From Candidatus Parcubacteria bacterium (GTDB lineage: Bacteria; Patescibacteriota; Minisyncoccia; Phycocordibacterales; UBA5272), in the NCBI GenBank assembly GCA_039805745.1, contig JBDLTQ010000005.1:1-49866 (forward strand): DNA of 49,866 bases, in the 5' to 3' direction. Below, piece by piece: positions 46,266 to 49,866 of this stretch. The notes under the pieces were generated by a model that saw only the letters and a list, made by a program, of their open reading frames with translations, did not search any database and had not been told where the DNA came from. Made by a program: the position numbers and the translations under genes. How positions within the stretch are numbered: position 1 is the first letter of the stretch; each line of letters opens with the position of its first letter.

Positions 46266-46913
46266 ATGGCAAAAGGATCAGCTACTCAACAATTCGTTCC
46301 TATTGATAAAGTTCGCGATGGTATTATCGTCCTCAAAACAGGGGAGCTTCGTGCTATTCTTATCACAAACTCTCTTAACTTAGGATTAAAAAGTGAAGAT
46401 GAGCTTACTGCTGTGATCTCTCAATTCCAGAACTTTCTCAACTCACTTGATTTTCCTGTTCAATTCTTTATTGAATCCAGAAAACTCCACATTGCTCCCT
46501 ACCTCAACCTTCTCCAAGAACGTAGTAAACTCGTCAAAGAAGACCTTCTTAAAATACAGATACATGAATACATTGGATTTATTCAAAAATTTACAGAAGA
46601 AAGCAACATCATGACGAAACATTTCTTTATTAGCGTTCCGTATTATGTACAAACGAATACTCAAGCATCCTCCCCATCACCGATAGACATGCTTTCATCG
46701 CTTGCTGTAGGCCAGACCACACGAGGACAACAAGATCCTTTTGAGTTAAGCCGTATTCAACTTGAACAACGTATTGCGGTTATCATACAAGGTCTTTCTC
46801 GTTTTGGTATTCGTGCACAAAAACTTGACACTGAAGAACTTGTGGAACTTTTTTATAAACTTTTTAATCCAAGTGATGACGCTGGGCACGCACCTAAACT
46901 ACAACAATCATAA
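46266..46913 (+). CDS. Hypothetical protein resembling the N-terminal domain of VirB4-type ATPases
   Basis: QQFVPIDKVRDGIIVLKTGELRAILITNSLNLGLKSEDE...FQNFLNSLDFPVQFFIES parallels the opening of Gram-positive VirB4 proteins and the start of the next ORF. Confidence 0.55.
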   Translation: MAKGSATQQFVPIDKVRDGIIVLKTGELRAILITNSLNLGLKSEDELTAVISQFQNFLNSLDFPVQFFIESRKLHIAPYLNLLQERSKLVKEDLLKIQIHEYIGFIQKFTEESNIMTKHFFISVPYYVQTNTQASSPSPIDMLSSLAVGQTTRGQQDPFELSRIQLEQRIAVIIQGLSRFGIRAQKLDTEELVELFYKLFNPSDDAGHAPKLQQS

Positions 46914-46919
46914 CTATCT

Positions 46920-48743
46920 ATGGGACTTTTTGACTTTCTCAATACGAATAAAAACAAAACAGCAACACCTGTTTCTCCTATTCTTCCAGAACAGGTATAT
47001 AAGATTGCAGAAATGCAGCTCAGAGATATCATAGCGCCGAGCGCTCTTGAAATTCTTCCAAAATCAATCAACTTAGGCACTTCTATTGTGCGTTCATTCT
47101 TCGTTATTTCATACCCTCGATATCTTACTGATAACTGGCTTAGTCCACTCATCAACCTTGATAAAGTGTTTGATATAGCTATCCATGTTGTACCACTTAA
47201 CACCGGTGAGGTAATGAAGTCCTTTCAAAGAAAAGTTGCTGAGGTAGAGAGCCAGATTATGACACGTGAAGAAAAGGGAATGGTGCGCGACCCTACACTT
47301 GATGTTGCATACCAAGACCTTGAAGATCTTCGCGATGGTCTCACTCAAGCTCAAGAAAAAATGTTTGAAGTCTCTCTTTATATTAATCTCTACGGGGAAT
47401 CCAATGAGGAACTTGATCGTGCCGAAAATGAAATAAGAAATATCCTAGAGAGTAAACTTGTGTATATAAAACCTTCTCTCTTTCAGCAAGACACGGGATT
47501 CATTTCAAATCTTCCACTTGGTCAAGATATGCTTGGAATAAAAAACAAACTCAACACCTCCCCACTCTCTTCATTTTTCCCATTTGTTTCATTTGATCTT
47601 TCTTCAGACAAAGGGATTCTCTACGGTCTTAATCGTCACAACGGTAGTCTTATTCTTTTTGATCGATTTTCACTTGAAAACTACAACTCTATCATTTTTG
47701 CAAAATCTGGTTCTGGTAAAAGTTACTTTACAAAACTTGAGATTCTTCGCACTCTCATGTTTGATACAGAAGTTATTATTATTGACCCAGAACGAGAATA
47801 TGAATTCCTTGCGGAATCTGTTGGCGGGCGTTACTTTAATATATCGCTTATAAGTGACCACCACATTAATCCTTTTGATCTCCCACACCCAACAGAAGAT
47901 GAATCACCGTCTGAAGTACTTCGTAGTAACATCGTTACTCTCGTTGGTCTTTTCCGTGTAATGCTAGGAGGACTTACACCAGAAGAAGATGCCATTATTG
48001 ATCAGGCAATCACTGAAACATATGCTCTTAAAGATATTAATGGTGATACCGACTTCACCTCTCTTGAACCACCACTTCTTTCTGACTTTGAAATGGTACT
48101 AGATGGAATTGAGGGGTCAGAAAGCCTTCTTCAGCGACTTCAAAAATATACAAAAGGGACATGGGCTGGTTTTATCAATGAGCCAACTAATATTGATATC
48201 AATAAAAAACTTATTTGTTTCTCTATTCGTGACATGGAAGAAGAACTTAAGCCTGTAGCGATGTATATTATTACACACCACATCTGGAACTCTGTTCGAA
48301 AAACACTTAAAAAGCGCCTTCTTATTGTGGATGAAGCGTGGATTATGATGAAAAATGAAGACACTGCATCATTTCTCTTTGGTCTTGCAAAACGTGGAAG
48401 AAAATATTTCCTTGGTTTAGCAACAATCACCCAAGACGTTGGAGACTTTCTCAAATCACCATACGGACTTCCTATTATTACCAACTCATCAATACAAATC
48501 CTTCTTAAACAATCACCGTCATCTATTGATTTAGTACAAAAAACATTTAACCTCACCAATGAAGAAAAATACCTTCTTTTGGAGTCAGGTGTTGGGGAGG
48601 GTATATTCTTTGCTGGACTCAAACATGTGGCACTCAAAGTTGTGGCATCATATACTGAGGATCAGATCATCACAAGTGACCCAGCTCAACTTCTTAAAAT
48701 AAAGAAGATGAAAGAAGAGCTCAATGAATCAAAAGGTCTATGA
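46920..48743 (+). CDS. virB4: VirB4/TrbE/PrgJ-type T4SS ATPase
   Basis: Walker A FAKSGSGKSYF and Walker B RLLIVDEAW. Has a VirB4-like N-terminal domain (RSFFVISYPRYL..WL). The TGA stop overlaps the next ATG (ATGA). Confidence 0.88.
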   Translation: MGLFDFLNTNKNKTATPVSPILPEQVYKIAEMQLRDIIAPSALEILPKSINLGTSIVRSFFVISYPRYLTDNWLSPLINLDKVFDIAIHVVPLNTGEVMKSFQRKVAEVESQIMTREEKGMVRDPTLDVAYQDLEDLRDGLTQAQEKMFEVSLYINLYGESNEELDRAENEIRNILESKLVYIKPSLFQQDTGFISNLPLGQDMLGIKNKLNTSPLSSFFPFVSFDLSSDKGILYGLNRHNGSLILFDRFSLENYNSIIFAKSGSGKSYFTKLEILRTLMFDTEVIIIDPEREYEFLAESVGGRYFNISLISDHHINPFDLPHPTEDESPSEVLRSNIVTLVGLFRVMLGGLTPEEDAIIDQAITETYALKDINGDTDFTSLEPPLLSDFEMVLDGIEGSESLLQRLQKYTKGTWAGFINEPTNIDINKKLICFSIRDMEEELKPVAMYIITHHIWNSVRKTLKKRLLIVDEAWIMMKNEDTASFLFGLAKRGRKYFLGLATITQDVGDFLKSPYGLPIITNSSIQILLKQSPSSIDLVQKTFNLTNEEKYLLLESGVGEGIFFAGLKHVALKVVASYTEDQIITSDPAQLLKIKKMKEELNESKGL

Positions 48744-49723
48744 TAAAAGACTTCTTTATCATAGGTAGTCTGATAGGGTCACTATGTCTTGGATCATGTG
48801 TTGTCTATGCTCAATCACAAGTATCTGGAAAAATCACCCTTAAACCAGAAAACCCAGAACCAAAAAGTGAAGTAACTCTAACCTTTTCAAGTTACAGTTT
48901 TGATGCGGCAACAGCGTATATCTCTTGGAATGTTAATGGTACTCAAGTACTTCGTGGTGAAGGGGAGACGATACTCACACTTCAAGTGGGAGATGTTGGG
49001 GAAAGATATATCGTAGTAATGAAAGCAGAAACAGTAACAGGTCTCAGCATCGAACAGCAAATTACCGTAACTCCGACATCTGTCATACTTCTCTACGAAG
49101 CACCTCAAAGCTACACACCGGTTCTCTATCGAGGGAGATCACTTCCATCAACCTCTGCTCAGGTTCGTGTGACAGCATTACCATTTATAAGTGAAGATGG
49201 TAAAGTATTACCCCCGTCATTACTTTCATATGTATGGTATGTCGGTAACACTTCTATAAAAGAAGCAAGTGGTAAAGGAAAACAAACAGCCAATCTTACT
49301 CTTGATTATCTCAGTAACAAAACAGATATAAAGGTTGTTGTTCGTTCCCCATTTGGCACCACCGCCACAAAATCGATCACTATTTATCCGCATGAAATTA
49401 TGCCACTTCTTTATACATATAATGAACTTTTTGGAACTGATTTTCAAAAACGTATTCACAAACGTTTCGAAACAACACAAGATTTTAGTATCATTGTTGA
49501 GCCTTTTTATGTGTCAAAAAAATCTCCTATTAATGAAAAAACAATGTCATTTAAGTGGCTTTTAAATGGACTTGATTTTACTCCTTTAGGTGGACAACTT
49601 CTCACCTTTACGCCTAAAAAAGGTGACTTTGGATCAAAGACATTACACATTTCTGTATACGGACCAGACAAGCGACTTCAAAAAGGTGAGACTTCTGTGG
49701 AACTTATTTTTGATACACGCTAA
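48740..49723 (+). CDS. Secreted beta-rich hypothetical protein (327 aa)
   Basis: Signal peptide IIGSLIGSLCLGSCVVYA. Translationally coupled to virB4. Confidence 0.65.
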   Translation: MIKDFFIIGSLIGSLCLGSCVVYAQSQVSGKITLKPENPEPKSEVTLTFSSYSFDAATAYISWNVNGTQVLRGEGETILTLQVGDVGERYIVVMKAETVTGLSIEQQITVTPTSVILLYEAPQSYTPVLYRGRSLPSTSAQVRVTALPFISEDGKVLPPSLLSYVWYVGNTSIKEASGKGKQTANLTLDYLSNKTDIKVVVRSPFGTTATKSITIYPHEIMPLLYTYNELFGTDFQKRIHKRFETTQDFSIIVEPFYVSKKSPINEKTMSFKWLLNGLDFTPLGGQLLTFTPKKGDFGSKTLHISVYGPDKRLQKGETSVELIFDTR

Positions 49724-49728
49724 CACCT

Positions 49729-49866
49729 ATGGCATCATCGTACACACCCCTCGAATCCGGCTATCTCTCTACCTTTGGTTCTATTCCAACATTCTCAGGA
49801 AGTGGGGGTTCTTTTTATTCAAGTGTGGTATTCGTTTATCTTCTTTTCTTTGCAATTATTGTTGTT
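49729..49866 (+). CDS. Partial ORF (5' end only), small hydrophobic protein; a T4SS membrane/pilin-like component is possible
   Basis: The ATG lies 5 nt after the upstream stop. MASSYTPLESGYLSTFGS...SSVVFVYLLFFAIIVV runs off the window end. Confidence 0.35.
   Translation, partial: MASSYTPLESGYLSTFGSIPTFSGSGGSFYSSVVFVYLLFFAIIVV

Noticed and set aside
1-49866. Alternative genetic code with TGA read as a sense codon (code 4 or 25).
   Set aside because: Long conserved genes (rny, nusA, uvrD, comM, virB4 and others) are full length under the standard code with no in-frame TGA, so wholesale reassignment is not supported. Only the avoidance of TGA is reported.

Overview
Low-GC (about 35-40% by eye) bacterial chromosomal segment. 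It is densely packed with housekeeping genes. The style fits a reduced-genome Patescibacteria/CPR-like organism: short intergenic gaps, many Ser/Thr-rich membrane-anchored hypotheticals, a trigger factor without a PPIase domain, and a PrgI/VirB4 cluster. That taxonomic placement is inference only.

Recognisable genes in order: HU, an NT5C-type 5'-nucleotidase, a frameshifted TrmB-like regulator, clpP-rny, rsmE, DoxX, tig, ppa, nusA, a MacA/MacB-like efflux operon, tpiA-pgk, an ECF sigma/anti-sigma module, an acyl desaturase, xth, uppS, xerC/D-hfq, rpsO, a NYN protein, comM/yifB, a LysM-M23 peptidase, a 1094-aa coiled-coil protein, uvrD/pcrA, rsmA, and an lnt-like gene. From 39.4 kb to the window end there is a co-directional type IV secretion-like operon (VirB6-like, PrgI/VirB3-like, VirB4).

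I found no tRNA, rRNA, CRISPR array or transposase.

Most interesting observations:
1. A 940-bp ORF-free gap (6.9-7.7 kb) holds two tandem paralogous promoter-to-terminator units on the minus strand. They are candidate ~300-nt structured RNAs. Each has a perfect DnaA box placed exactly 9 nt upstream of its -35 element.
2. The T4SS-like operon shows no relaxase or coupling protein in view.
3. A small accessory islet (12.2-14.7 kb) contains a strongly GC-rich foreign gene disrupted by an in-frame TGA and a frameshift, yet it keeps a consensus promoter and SD.
4. TGA is almost completely avoided as a stop codon.

All protein family calls come from motif recognition by eye. No database search was run.
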